Assembly (NCBI GenBank): GCA_963662465.1
Contig: OY759599.1
Span: 2,816,001-2,880,000, forward strand
DNA: 64,000 nucleotides
Reading direction: 5' to 3'
DNA from: Desulfatiglandales bacterium
Lineage (GTDB): Bacteria > Desulfobacterota > DSM-4660 > Desulfatiglandales > Desulfatiglandaceae
Shown: positions 32,682-42,579 of the stretch, in pieces
Numbering within the stretch: position 1 is the stretch's first letter
Layout of the letters: each line of letters begins with the position of its first letter
Notes under the pieces: generated by a model
Database searches by the model: none
Seen by the model: the letters and a program-made list of their open reading frames with translations, nothing else
What the model was told of the DNA's origin: nothing
Program-made: the position numbers and the translations under genes

Positions 32682-35600
32682 TCACTCCATAGTCAACCCC
32701 ATGTTCAGAAAGGGTTGGCACAAGTTGTCTGATTGCGAAGCGCCGCCGGCGTTTGGCGTTTCGGTGACCGTGTAGTGAACATACATCCCGAGTCCGGCAT
32801 TATGCATCGACGCGTCGACGAGGAATTCGAAGACCGGATCGCTGGAAGGCCCATAGATCATTTCGTAATCCTTGCCTTCGTCATCTGTCCAACCGAGGAT
32901 CGCCTCGTATGTCAATTCGCTGGAGATGGAGAGCGTGGCGTCTCCGATGTCTAGAGAAGCGACGCTGACGGCGGCGGGCGATTCGATGCGAAGCCAACGC
33001 GGATACGGTCCCCAAATCACCGAGTCGATGATCAGCATGTTTCCATTGTTAAGGCCGGCATGCCATCGGTCCCTCTCGGTTATTAGGCCTCCATCGACCG
33101 TTACGGGCCCGATGGCGATCTCCGGGAAGTCCACGTAGTAAGCGTAGCTGCCACTATAATTTCCGGTGACATTCCAGGCGCCAAAGTCCACAGCGCCTGC
33201 CTTGGCGAGGCCCATCGCTATGCGGAAGGGTTTCTTCTCATCCGGCGCGGCGCTATCGTCGTGGGATGTGATCAGCGAGACATATTTCCACCCGGCGTCG
33301 AGTGTCGTCGCCGCGGAGGGCACTTCAAAATATGCCGGGTCATCGCCCTGAACCTGCGTCGAAACCAGCGAAGGCTTATCTGATTTCGAGTAACGAAGGA
33401 GAGCAAAGGCGGTGGATTTTGGGCTGCGCAAACTGACGACATACGATTCCGCGGGGTCGATTCCCGAGCCAATGTGCGAGTAGGCTTGATACAGCGCGCT
33501 GCCGATGGGGGCAACTTCGGATTCAGAGACGACGTATTTGCTGCACGTCGGATCGAAACAGAAGGTTTTCTTGACCAGGGATGAAATCAATCCGCTGTAA
33601 TCAAAGGGATAGACCTTGCCGGTCAGGATCGCCTGGTAGCAGGAGTCCAGCCAAAGGAAGCCTGACATTGTGGACGCCCGGCCCAAGGCATCGATGGGCT
33701 TTTTCCCGGCGTAAATTCCCTCGTACATTTTCCGCAGGGTGGAGAACCCACCGTAGCTGGGGCTGTTTTGCAGAAATCGGATGACCGATGCGCTGCCGTA
33801 CCCGTGGGCGGCGATCTCCTTGGTGGTGAGGCCGGCTTCTGGTGCCAGGCTGGCAAAGGGCGCCGTCATGTCGCCTACCGTCTGGGAGGGAATGTATTCG
33901 CCCGGCGTGCCGACGAAAAGTTCCTCGGCCCATGACGAGGCCGCTTCGTCAAGCCACAAATGTGGTGCTTTCCACTTGGCGGCGCTGTAGCGGTTGCGTG
34001 GATCGTAGAGCGACTGCACAAGGTGGAAGAACTCATGCCCGGCCGTCGCGCGGCGATTTTCGCCCTGCTCCAGAATGTTTACATTAATCGTCAACATGCC
34101 GTAATTCATACCGAACACATCGTTTGTTTGATAACCATGAGTGCTGCCCATGCCACCCTTGACGCAAACGCTGACGGGCCACTTTGTGCGACGCGCGTAA
34201 CTGAATCCGAGGTCCGGTTGCTTAAAGCGCGTGTACGCATCTTCCAGATCGTGGCCGAGATTCTCGATCAACTCCGGTTGCGTCGATGCGGGAAAACCGA
34301 TGTTGAAGTGGTTCGTTACATACGTGTAGTATCCGCCAAGAACGCCTGCGTTGAATTCAAATTCCCCGTCAGCCTCTCCCGCGCGGGCCGAGTCGTGGGA
34401 GACTTCGTTCGCGAGAACCGTACCGGGGGCGATGTCGTCGGGCACCGGGATTGTCAACAGAAAATAGTCTTCCTGTTCCGCATCCGGTTCGAGGATTGCG
34501 TAGCCGGTCTCCGTGCCCCCCAGGGAGCGCGCATAGCCTACCGTGCCAAGGACAATCAGCGGTGGTGTAGTGTAATCCGTGCGCGTGTCGCGAAGCCAGA
34601 GTTGCAGCGGTTGGTGGTAGGTTCCGGGGATGCCCGTGACAGAGTAGCCAACGGGAAGTTCGCTGGTTTCAAAATCCTCAAGAGTACCCGCCGTGACGCG
34701 CACGAGGCCATATTTGTCAAAGGCGCCGGCGGGGATCGATAGGCGGAACCCGTCGATCTCCAGGTCACCGCCTGCCGGTCCGACCAGTTTCGCGCCGTCG
34801 GGCAGCGGACCGTAGTCGATACCAAGAATCACGTCGGCAATTGCCAGCACATCGTCCTGGGTCACGACGCCGTCGTAGTCAAGGTCCGCAACATCGAGCT
34901 CCGGCAAGATTGTGCCGTTCTTCATGCCGGCGCAGCGCAGCACGTCGGCGACGTCTATCAAGCCGTCGTGGTTTGCATCGCCCAGCAACGAGAAGGTGGA
35001 ACTCTCGATGATGGCGAGTTGCTCGGCGCTCCAGGGGGAACAGTCGCCGGCATCATCGACGGCTTGGACACTCCAATAGTAGGATCCCGTGGGAAGACCG
35101 GAAAGCGCATAGCCGGGGCCGCCGGGAATCCGGCAGGTGCCGAGGTCGCGCTCAGCGCCCGGAGAAACAACATCGCACCCGCCTGCTTTCCTGCCGACGC
35201 GTAGCCGATAGCGCAAACTTGCCGCCGGGGTTTCAGCATCCGTCGCCGCGTTCCATCGCATCGTCATTGCGCCCATTCCGATGTCGGCGGCCAGCCCATC
35301 GGGCGTGGTCGGCGGCGTGTTGGCCGTCTTCAACCCATCCGGATCGGCCGCGCGGTTGGTGACGACGGCACTGGTGAAGGAGAAATTGGGATGGTCACTA
35401 TCGACGATCGTAGAACCCGCATAGAAGGCATCCAGGTCGCCATCGTTGTCCATGTCGAAAATGCAGAGTGGACCCATCGCGATTTGCGTCAGAGGAGTTC
35501 CGGTGTTCTGGAAACTGCCATCCTCCTGTTGGACGAGAAAACGTACAGTGGGAATCTTACTGACCGAGTAGCCGGTGGATTGTTGGTGCGTACCGGTGTA

Positions 35601-37754
35601 GAAGAGGTCGAGCCGTCCATCGTTGTTGAAGTCAGCCCATCGCAACCGGGGATTTTCCTTGCCTGCGGGAAAACCGGACTGAACGAGCGTGAAGCGATCG
35701 CCGTCGTTGTGATAAATGCGCAAGTCGGGGTCCATGCGGAAACCGGTGCCGACTGCAACGCGGTGAGTTCCGATGATCGCCACGTCCGGGCGGCCGTCGC
35801 CGTCGTAGTCCCCGAAGGCCGTGCCGGCTTCGTACATCGGATCACCGCCGTCGATGAAGGGGAGCTCCTGGAAGGTGTCGTCGGGAAGGCGCACATTCCA
35901 GCCCCAGTCAAGAACACCATCTCCATTGATGTCGACGGGCGGACCGGGATAATGGGTCCGATCCGGCAGGGGATTGCCCCAATTCTTCCAATAGCCTCGG
36001 CCGTTGCCAAGGAAGACGAGACCCGGTGTGGCGATATCGAGTTCCCCGTCCCCATTCCAGTCCACCCAATCGATCTGGCTCGCGTTCGGATAATCGGAAA
36101 GCGGGATGTGAGTGAGGATTTCACGGAAATCCCCCCCGCCTTCGTTCGCGAAAACGACAATTTGCAATAAACGGGTCGTTGGATCGTACCATGCTCCAGC
36201 CAGGTCCGGGCGGCCGTCCTTGTTGAAATCGCCGAACGCGCAGCCTTCACTGCCGTACATTCCAACAAATCTGGCAAGCGGCTGCTGGTATGCCGTGAAG
36301 TTCCCCGCGCCATCGTTCAGGTAAACCTGCCAGTTCAACAACAGGTCCGTATCGCCGTCCCCGTCAATATCGGCGGACGTGGCGGCGGACGCGGCGGAGA
36401 CACTGAATGAGTGCTGCTCGCTTTCCAGGAGCGACGCATAGACGATGTCGCCGTAGGGGTTTTCCGTCATGTCGCGCGTGACGAGCGGAAGCCCCGGCGC
36501 GCGGATCGTACGTCCCGCGACGTCCTCCACCAGAAATTCGTGGATCGTCCCGAGCGCAATGTCTGGGTACATGGAAAGGTAGGCGTCCGTGACGCGCAAA
36601 CCGAGGGCCGCCGGTATTGTCGGAAACTCGTCCGTCAAATCAATGGCCGCGCGGCATTCGATGGGCCGCGTACCAATCATCTTGAGGGGTTGGCGCGACC
36701 AGTCGGGCGAGGCCCATTCGCCGGTCAGGAGAAGCATGCCCAACTCGGCGCGCCGAGAATGCGCAAAATCCAGAATCGCGAAGACGGCCGGTTTGTAGCC
36801 GATTCGATCCGTCATCGTGTAGAATTCCAGCGGATTGTGGCCGAGCACCGCGGGCCGTTCGGACATCCAATCGTAACCCATCCAGAAAAAGCCTGTCTGG
36901 CCGCGCTCGGGGCACTCCGTTCCCCAAAATGTTCCCCAGGAGTTCACAGCTAGAAACGCGCCGTGGCGGGTTTCCGTGCCGTTGAAGTACTCCCGATCGT
37001 CGTCGTAACCGATGAAGCAAACCGCATGTCCACCACGGAAGTTGCCGGATTGAGCGAAGATGACACTATTGTCTACCCCAGGACCGGAAATCGCGCCTCT
37101 CCCGTAGTAGGAATCAATGCTTTCCGTCACGTTGAGAACGCCGACCACCGGCTCGCCCGACGCGAGCATCGTCTTCAGCGTCGCGAAATTGTCATCCGGT
37201 GTTGTCGTGAACGTGGACCAGGACTTGGCGCGGAAGAGCGCCGCGCTCTTCCAGTCGTTCTCTTCCGGCATCGAGTCCAGTGATTGCCCCTCGGGGAATT
37301 CCTCGTACTTGCAGGTGCCGTGTTGGACGAGAAAATCGAAAGCGCGGGAGAATTGAATACCCGTGCTGGTATCGACTGCCAACATGTTGTAGGGCATTGC
37401 GGCACTGGGGACCTGAGACGTCAGGTTTGGATGCACCCAGTTGCGTTCCCGGGCCTCGTGCCAGCCCTTCAGATAGTAGCAACTTGCCCACGAGACACAG
37501 GAGCCGTATCGCTGCTGGCGAACGGAGGGGAGGAACTCGTGATTGATCCAGCGGGCGGGCAAGGGCAAATCCGCCGTGCGGCGGACAAGAATGGAATTGG
37601 CGGAAAGCGAGTGGGAGCGAGCCGCGTCCAGGTCCGCCTTCTCCGCCGGCAGCAACCCCATCGGCATCAGGCCGGGAGCGTCCTGCGCTGCGGCGCTTAT
37701 ACAAAAGATAGCACCAAGCGCCAATACAACCACGATCCAAATCATCTTCTTCAT
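32682..37754 (-). CDS. Large secreted multidomain protease: papain-like C1 + FG-GAP/VCBS repeats + FN3-like + dockerin + HExxH metallopeptidase-like
   Basis: Signal peptide from MKKMIW (37754); QQRYGSCVSW, GHAV, NSWG; repeated GDxDGDGxxD; GDANHDGLIDVAD...ADLDYDGVVTQDD; TAGHEFFHLVQ. Confidence 0.85.
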   Translation of the reverse strand: MKKMIWIVVVLALGAIFCISAAAQDAPGLMPMGLLPAEKADLDAARSHSLSANSILVRRTADLPLPARWINHEFLPSVRQQRYGSCVSWASCYYLKGWHEARERNWVHPNLTSQVPSAAMPYNMLAVDTSTGIQFSRAFDFLVQHGTCKYEEFPEGQSLDSMPEENDWKSAALFRAKSWSTFTTTPDDNFATLKTMLASGEPVVGVLNVTESIDSYYGRGAISGPGVDNSVIFAQSGNFRGGHAVCFIGYDDDREYFNGTETRHGAFLAVNSWGTFWGTECPERGQTGFFWMGYDWMSERPAVLGHNPLEFYTMTDRIGYKPAVFAILDFAHSRRAELGMLLLTGEWASPDWSRQPLKMIGTRPIECRAAIDLTDEFPTIPAALGLRVTDAYLSMYPDIALGTIHEFLVEDVAGRTIRAPGLPLVTRDMTENPYGDIVYASLLESEQHSFSVSAASAATSADIDGDGDTDLLLNWQVYLNDGAGNFTAYQQPLARFVGMYGSEGCAFGDFNKDGRPDLAGAWYDPTTRLLQIVVFANEGGGDFREILTHIPLSDYPNASQIDWVDWNGDGELDIATPGLVFLGNGRGYWKNWGNPLPDRTHYPGPPVDINGDGVLDWGWNVRLPDDTFQELPFIDGGDPMYEAGTAFGDYDGDGRPDVAIIGTHRVAVGTGFRMDPDLRIYHNDGDRFTLVQSGFPAGKENPRLRWADFNNDGRLDLFYTGTHQQSTGYSVSKIPTVRFLVQQEDGSFQNTGTPLTQIAMGPLCIFDMDNDGDLDAFYAGSTIVDSDHPNFSFTSAVVTNRAADPDGLKTANTPPTTPDGLAADIGMGAMTMRWNAATDAETPAASLRYRLRVGRKAGGCDVVSPGAERDLGTCRIPGGPGYALSGLPTGSYYWSVQAVDDAGDCSPWSAEQLAIIESSTFSLLGDANHDGLIDVADVLRCAGMKNGTILPELDVADLDYDGVVTQDDVLAIADVILGIDYGPLPDGAKLVGPAGGDLEIDGFRLSIPAGAFDKYGLVRVTAGTLEDFETSELPVGYSVTGIPGTYHQPLQLWLRDTRTDYTTPPLIVLGTVGYARSLGGTETGYAILEPDAEQEDYFLLTIPVPDDIAPGTVLANEVSHDSARAGEADGEFEFNAGVLGGYYTYVTNHFNIGFPASTQPELIENLGHDLEDAYTRFKQPDLGFSYARRTKWPVSVCVKGGMGSTHGYQTNDVFGMNYGMLTINVNILEQGENRRATAGHEFFHLVQSLYDPRNRYSAAKWKAPHLWLDEAASSWAEELFVGTPGEYIPSQTVGDMTAPFASLAPEAGLTTKEIAAHGYGSASVIRFLQNSPSYGGFSTLRKMYEGIYAGKKPIDALGRASTMSGFLWLDSCYQAILTGKVYPFDYSGLISSLVKKTFCFDPTCSKYVVSESEVAPIGSALYQAYSHIGSGIDPAESYVVSLRSPKSTAFALLRYSKSDKPSLVSTQVQGDDPAYFEVPSAATTLDAGWKYVSLITSHDDSAAPDEKKPFRIAMGLAKAGAVDFGAWNVTGNYSGSYAYYVDFPEIAIGPVTVDGGLITERDRWHAGLNNGNMLIIDSVIWGPYPRWLRIESPAAVSVASLDIGDATLSISSELTYEAILGWTDDEGKDYEMIYGPSSDPVFEFLVDASMHNAGLGMYVHYTVTETPNAGGASQSDNLCQPFLNMGLTME

Positions 37755-38365
37755 AATGCACCTTCTTTCGATTTGCCGTTCAACCGGGAAGCGTTTCGCC
37801 GTGCTCTCGCTTTCTTCAGGTGGGTGATAAGAAATCCCTTTTTTGGGATAAATTGAGTTATGTTGCGGCCTGCCATAACCCCCTGAAAAACCCTTAATTT
37901 TCGCCCTCGCCACGAAATATCGAGATTAAGCAATAAAAGCAATAGTTTATTTCATATTTTGAGCAACCCGTCTCTCCAAGAGACAACATAATATTTTTAC
38001 CTTATTCGCAGCTCTCCGTAAAGGGCTATTGTTTGCATGCCCCCGCTATAGACTGTCCAACCAGGCCATCAAATCCCCCTCATTTTCATAATGGAGTAAT
38101 TCATCTATCTTGGAACTTCAACGCTAATCAAAACTGAACCAAGTTTGCTAATGGAAATTGAACCATTGGCTGTCACCGCCGGTGAGTACGGCCCTCAGGT
38201 ATAGCGAACGATGAGGGATCCATAAGTGGCGGCAAAGGAGTCGTTGATGTAGATTTACTTTTCAATAAATTTTTAGAAAATCTATTTTCTTTGGATTTGG
38301 TTTTCTTCTTCCAAGACAGAGGCTTGGTTAAGTGGAAATGCGATTTACTTTGTAGAATGGATGGT

Positions 38366-38401
38366 GAAGGCCCGAAGTAGCCGCTTCGGGCCTTCTTTTT
38401 T
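38366..38401 (+). terminator. Terminator-like hairpin in transposon leader
   Basis: Perfect 12-bp stem GAAGGCCCGAAG/CTTCGGGCCTTC plus T-run, just after TAGAAT (38353-38358). Confidence 0.65.
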
Positions 38402-38477
38402 GACCACCGGATAGAGCCGGAAGCCACACACACGCCAATTTTATATAAGTGTGTTTCCGGCCAATTGCAAGGCCGGA

Positions 38478-38894
38478 ATGATGGGAGATGTCCTTTTAAG
38501 AGTGGTTCAATGCCGATGTTGTGGTTGCTTTTTTCACGTCTGTCGGTCGTGTTGGCGTGGCCAGGCCTATTGTGGGGAACGATGTCGCAGGATACGCCAA
38601 AGACAGCTGCACCGGAAAGCTCAGGGGAAATACCGCAATTCGAAAAAAGGGAAAGAGCGCCGTCGTTTGTACGAAAAAACAAAAAAATCCAAAAAAAATG
38701 GACTGAACCCTGGTGATGATAGTTCAACACCTCAAAAAGACTGTGATATTGAACCCAAAAAGCGGTCGGGGAACCGACCCAGCTGTCTTTTTTGCGGGTC
38801 GATCGGGGTTGTTGTGGACCATTTTCCTCGCCGTGCTTATGCAGGGAGGGTTTTTTCAGATGTAACAGGCTTTGAGAAAACCCCATATCCATGA
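38478..38894 (+). CDS. Cys-rich, basic Zn-ribbon-like protein
   Basis: CRCC...CRSC...YCGERC and CLFC motifs. Confidence 0.65.
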   Translation: MMGDVLLRVVQCRCCGCFFHVCRSCWRGQAYCGERCRRIRQRQLHRKAQGKYRNSKKGKERRRLYEKTKKSKKNGLNPGDDSSTPQKDCDIEPKKRSGNRPSCLFCGSIGVVVDHFPRRAYAGRVFSDVTGFEKTPYP

Positions 38895-38906
38895 CAGGAG
38901 AAAAAA

Positions 38907-39326
38907 ATGATCAAAAAAAGAGTCCTTTTTCCCGAAAGAGTGCGTGTCATCAATGGAAGCTTCGGCTTTCTGGAGCATCGTTTTTTGAGAAACGGCTTTT
39001 GGGAGAGCCTGAATCATCATGAGCTGCTGCTCTACATTTTTCTGGTGTTGGTATCTGACAAAAACGGGCTCTCTTATTATGGTTACGACAGAATCTGCCG
39101 GATTTTAAAGGTGCATTTGGATCAATATATCGATGCCCGCGATGGCTTGTTGGACAAGGATCTGATTGGGTTTGATGGCCGTCTGTTTCAGGTTCTTTCG
39201 CTTCCCAGACGTCCTGTGATTGTGAAACAGGTAAAGGAGATCCGGCAAGGAAATTGGGTCAGTCTTGGAGAAACCATAGAGGAAATCTTTCGGGAGACTG
39301 GGTATGGAATCCATCCGAACCGTTGA
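38907..39326 (+). CDS. Small putative winged-HTH protein
   Basis: LLYIFLVLVSDKNGLSYYGYDRICRILK pattern; RBS AGGAG. Confidence 0.65.
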   Translation: MIKKRVLFPERVRVINGSFGFLEHRFLRNGFWESLNHHELLLYIFLVLVSDKNGLSYYGYDRICRILKVHLDQYIDARDGLLDKDLIGFDGRLFQVLSLPRRPVIVKQVKEIRQGNWVSLGETIEEIFRETGYGIHPNR

Positions 39327-40188
39327 TATTCATTTGCTGGAGTTGCGTTACGCTCATTGCCGGATAATGAATCACCAGGCTTTAAAGCGATTGAGGGATT
39401 CCATCGAAACTTACGGGCAGATCGTTCCGGCCCTGGCTATTGAAGAAAAAGACAAACTGATTCTGATTGATGGCTACCTGCGTGTTCGAGCGCTTTGTGC
39501 TTGTGGAAAGGACCGGATATGTGTCCAATTCTCAAAAGAAAACGAACAAAATGCCATGTTTTCGCTTTTAACCAAGGCCAATGAACGGCAATGGGAAGTC
39601 ATTGAGCAGTCTGTTTTACTTCAGGAATTACATCGGCGTTTTGGGTGCAGCCTCTCCCATATTGCAACCCGAATAGGGCGCGACAAGAGTTTTGTAAAAC
39701 GGCGGCTGGACCTGGTTGAAGCCCTGCCGGAAAATATTTTGAGAACCGTGATTGCAGGCTCACTTTCAACCTGGGCTGCCAGCCGTGTCATGGCGCCGTT
39801 GGCGCGCGCCAACGGTGAAGACGCACAAAAACTGTTGGCCCACCTGGAAAAAGAACCTCTATCCACAAGGGAACTGGCCCGTTTCTACGCACATTACCAA
39901 AAAAGCAACCGGTCTGTTCGAGACCACATGCTGGAAAATCCATCCCTTTTCATAAAAGTTCTCGAACAAAGAACCCAGTCTAAACAAGCCAAAGAAGTTC
40001 ATGATGGACCGGAAGGCAAATGGTTCAAGGATATTGAAATGGCATATGCGGTTCTCAAACGTCTGGTGAAAACCGTTTCGCATGTCCATTACCCAAAAAG
40101 CGATCAGTTGAAGAAAGAAACGCTCAAAACCTGGGTGAAAAAGATAGAAAAACAAGCACTGGAACTCAAGAAAGCGACCCAATTATGA
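39304..40188 (+). CDS. ParB/RepB/Spo0J-like protein with HTH
   Basis: SIETYGQIVP...LIDGYLRVRA (ParB-N), SLSHIATRIGRDKSFVKRRL (HTH). Confidence 0.85.
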   Translation: MESIRTVDIHLLELRYAHCRIMNHQALKRLRDSIETYGQIVPALAIEEKDKLILIDGYLRVRALCACGKDRICVQFSKENEQNAMFSLLTKANERQWEVIEQSVLLQELHRRFGCSLSHIATRIGRDKSFVKRRLDLVEALPENILRTVIAGSLSTWAASRVMAPLARANGEDAQKLLAHLEKEPLSTRELARFYAHYQKSNRSVRDHMLENPSLFIKVLEQRTQSKQAKEVHDGPEGKWFKDIEMAYAVLKRLVKTVSHVHYPKSDQLKKETLKTWVKKIEKQALELKKATQL

Positions 40189-41567
40189 TCCGACAATCCA
40201 AAAAAGATGCCATTGTGGAATTGAAAAAAACCGGCATGAGTTTGCGCGACATCGCCAAAACCCTGAAGGCCGGTCGCAATACCGTCACGAAGGTTTTAGA
40301 TGATCATGACGAAGAGGCGGTACCCCAAAGGAACTCCCGGTATGAAGAACATGTCCCGTTGATCCGCGAGCTTTTCAAGGAATGTAAAGGAAATGCCGTG
40401 CGAGTAGCCGAGGAACTGGAAAGCCGCCAACAGATCAAAATCCCTTATCAGAGTCTGACCTGGATTATGAGAAAGTACGAGATCCGGGAACGTAAAAAAA
40501 GACGGGCGGGCCAATACCATTTTAAACCCGGTCAGGAGATGCAGCATGATACGTCACCCCATCTGGTTGTCATTAATGGGAAAAAAATGTCGACCCAGTG
40601 CGCGTCCCTGACCCTGGCCTTTTGCCGAAGGATTTTTATTCAGTATTACCCCTGTTTTACCCGGTTTGAGTGCAAGGTTTTCCTAAAAAAAGCATTCGAG
40701 TTTATGGACGGGGTGTGTTCCCGGTGCATGGTTGACAACACCAATGTTATTGTGGCCGGCGGCACCGGGCCTGATGCATTGATTGCGCCTGAAATGAAAT
40801 ACTTCGGCGATATGTATGGAACCCGGTTTGAGGCCCATGCTGTAGGAGACGCCAATCGAAGTGCCCGTGTGGAAAGGCCTTTTCATTTTGTGGAAAACAA
40901 TTTTCTTCCCGGTAGAACATTTGTTAGCTGGCAGGATTTGAACCGGCAGGCAATCGACTGGTGCCGGAATACAAGCGATAAAAAGTTTAAACGGGCTTTA
41001 GGGATGACGCCGGATGAGGCCTATGTCATTGAAAAGCCATATCTCATTGATTTACCGGCATACCAGCCGCCAGTCTATGTGGCAGAACACAGGGTAGCCG
41101 ATGTTCAGGGATATGTGCACTTGGACACCAACCGCTATTCAGTCCCTGAAGCGCTGATTGGGAACTCCCTGGAAGTACAGAAACATTGGCTCAAGGTCAT
41201 CGTTTACGACAAAAACACAAAAGTGGCGGAACATGACCGCATACTGGATAAACGCAACACCCGAACAACCCTGCCCGGTCACCATGTTCCCATTCGAAGA
41301 AAAAAAGATCCCCGAATCCCTTCAAAAGAAGAACAGCTGTTGACGGGAGAGGATGCCATCCTGGATGAGTATGTGGCTGAACTGAAGAAAAGAAGTCACG
41401 GTCGCGGTGTGGTCAAGTTACGTCGGTTGCTTCATCTGAAACGCACTTATCCCGGGGAACCTTTTTTGAAAGCCATAACACAGGCGCTTAAATATGGACT
41501 TTTTGATTTGTCGCGTCTGGAAAACATTATTCTCGATTATATCGCGGGAGACTTTTTTGATCTATGA
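40185..41567 (+). CDS. istA: IS21-family transposase IstA
   Basis: N-terminal HTH; QHD, VDN and RVER catalytic segments; NRYSVP. Confidence 0.9.
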   Translation: MIRQSKKDAIVELKKTGMSLRDIAKTLKAGRNTVTKVLDDHDEEAVPQRNSRYEEHVPLIRELFKECKGNAVRVAEELESRQQIKIPYQSLTWIMRKYEIRERKKRRAGQYHFKPGQEMQHDTSPHLVVINGKKMSTQCASLTLAFCRRIFIQYYPCFTRFECKVFLKKAFEFMDGVCSRCMVDNTNVIVAGGTGPDALIAPEMKYFGDMYGTRFEAHAVGDANRSARVERPFHFVENNFLPGRTFVSWQDLNRQAIDWCRNTSDKKFKRALGMTPDEAYVIEKPYLIDLPAYQPPVYVAEHRVADVQGYVHLDTNRYSVPEALIGNSLEVQKHWLKVIVYDKNTKVAEHDRILDKRNTRTTLPGHHVPIRRKKDPRIPSKEEQLLTGEDAILDEYVAELKKRSHGRGVVKLRRLLHLKRTYPGEPFLKAITQALKYGLFDLSRLENIILDYIAGDFFDL

Positions 41568-42283
41568 AAAAGAAAATTGAACAGTTACTCATTGATTTGA
41601 AGTTTAAAGGCATGCTGAAGGCTCTCGAAGAACAGTTGGCTTCGGCTGAAAAGAACGGTTTTTCCATTCACGAGGTCATCTACAATCTCCTGGCTGAGGA
41701 ATTACGTTTCCGGCAGGAGCGCAGCATGATCTATCGGGTCCAGATTGCAAAGCTTCCATGGGAATGGACCCTCAACTCCTTTCCGTTTGATCTTCAGCCG
41801 GGAATACAGAAGAGCCGGATCATGACGTTGTCCGGCCTTGACTTTATCAGCCGAAGAGAAAACATCGTGTTCCATGGAAAAACCGGCGTCGGCAAAACGG
41901 GATTGGCCGTGGGGATCCTTCGTCAAGCCATTATTGCCGGGTACCGGGGGCGTTTTTATAATGTTCAGGATTTGCTGGATCAGCTCTATGCGTCTTTGGC
42001 AGATCGGTCCACCCCGAAACTCCTCAATGCCCTTTGCAGATATGACCTGCTTCTGCTCGATGAACTGGGATACCTGACCCTCAAAAAAGAGCAGATGAAC
42101 GCCTTTTTTAAACTCATGAAAGATCGCTATGAAGCCGGTCGGTCCACAATTATTACGACCAATCTTCAACCTGAACAATGGTATTCGCTGCTTGAACCAA
42201 AGGACATGGTCGATGCCTTGCTGGATCGTCTCAACCATCGCTGCATCAACATTCATATTGATGGTCCTTCCCTCAGAAAATGA
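41564..42283 (+). CDS. istB: IS21-family helper ATPase IstB
   Basis: GKTGVGKT, LLLLDELGY, TTN, ALLDRL. Confidence 0.93.
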   Translation: MKKKIEQLLIDLKFKGMLKALEEQLASAEKNGFSIHEVIYNLLAEELRFRQERSMIYRVQIAKLPWEWTLNSFPFDLQPGIQKSRIMTLSGLDFISRRENIVFHGKTGVGKTGLAVGILRQAIIAGYRGRFYNVQDLLDQLYASLADRSTPKLLNALCRYDLLLLDELGYLTLKKEQMNAFFKLMKDRYEAGRSTIITTNLQPEQWYSLLEPKDMVDALLDRLNHRCINIHIDGPSLRK

Positions 42284-42381
42284 GATGTTCGCCAAAGGGC
42301 CGGTTTTGAGGTCTGAATATCACCGGTCTGTTTGAATCTCGTTACACGAATATCAGAAATTACCTTGTCTTGGAGCTTGAA

Positions 42382-42579
42382 ATGAGAGGTGGAAAACGGG
42401 TAGGCGCCGGCCGAAGAAAGAAACCGGAACATTTGAGACGTGAACTGCTCACCATTCGTCTCCCCAAATGGATGATTCTACAGCTGAAAAAAAACGGGGA
42501 AATTGGATATTTGATTGAGGATCAATTGGCGAAGGGAGGCCTCCTGAATTTACCGGACGACTATGACATAGACAAATAG
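42382..42579 (+). CDS. Small putative DNA-binding (ribbon-helix-helix-like) passenger protein
   Basis: RGGKRVGAGRRKK...TIRLPKW. Confidence 0.55.
   Translation: MRGGKRVGAGRRKKPEHLRRELLTIRLPKWMILQLKKNGEIGYLIEDQLAKGGLLNLPDDYDIDK

Noticed and set aside
37755..37913. N-terminal extension of the 1743-aa ORF
   Set aside because: Runs into the RIT end; signal peptide and RBS point to ATG at 37754
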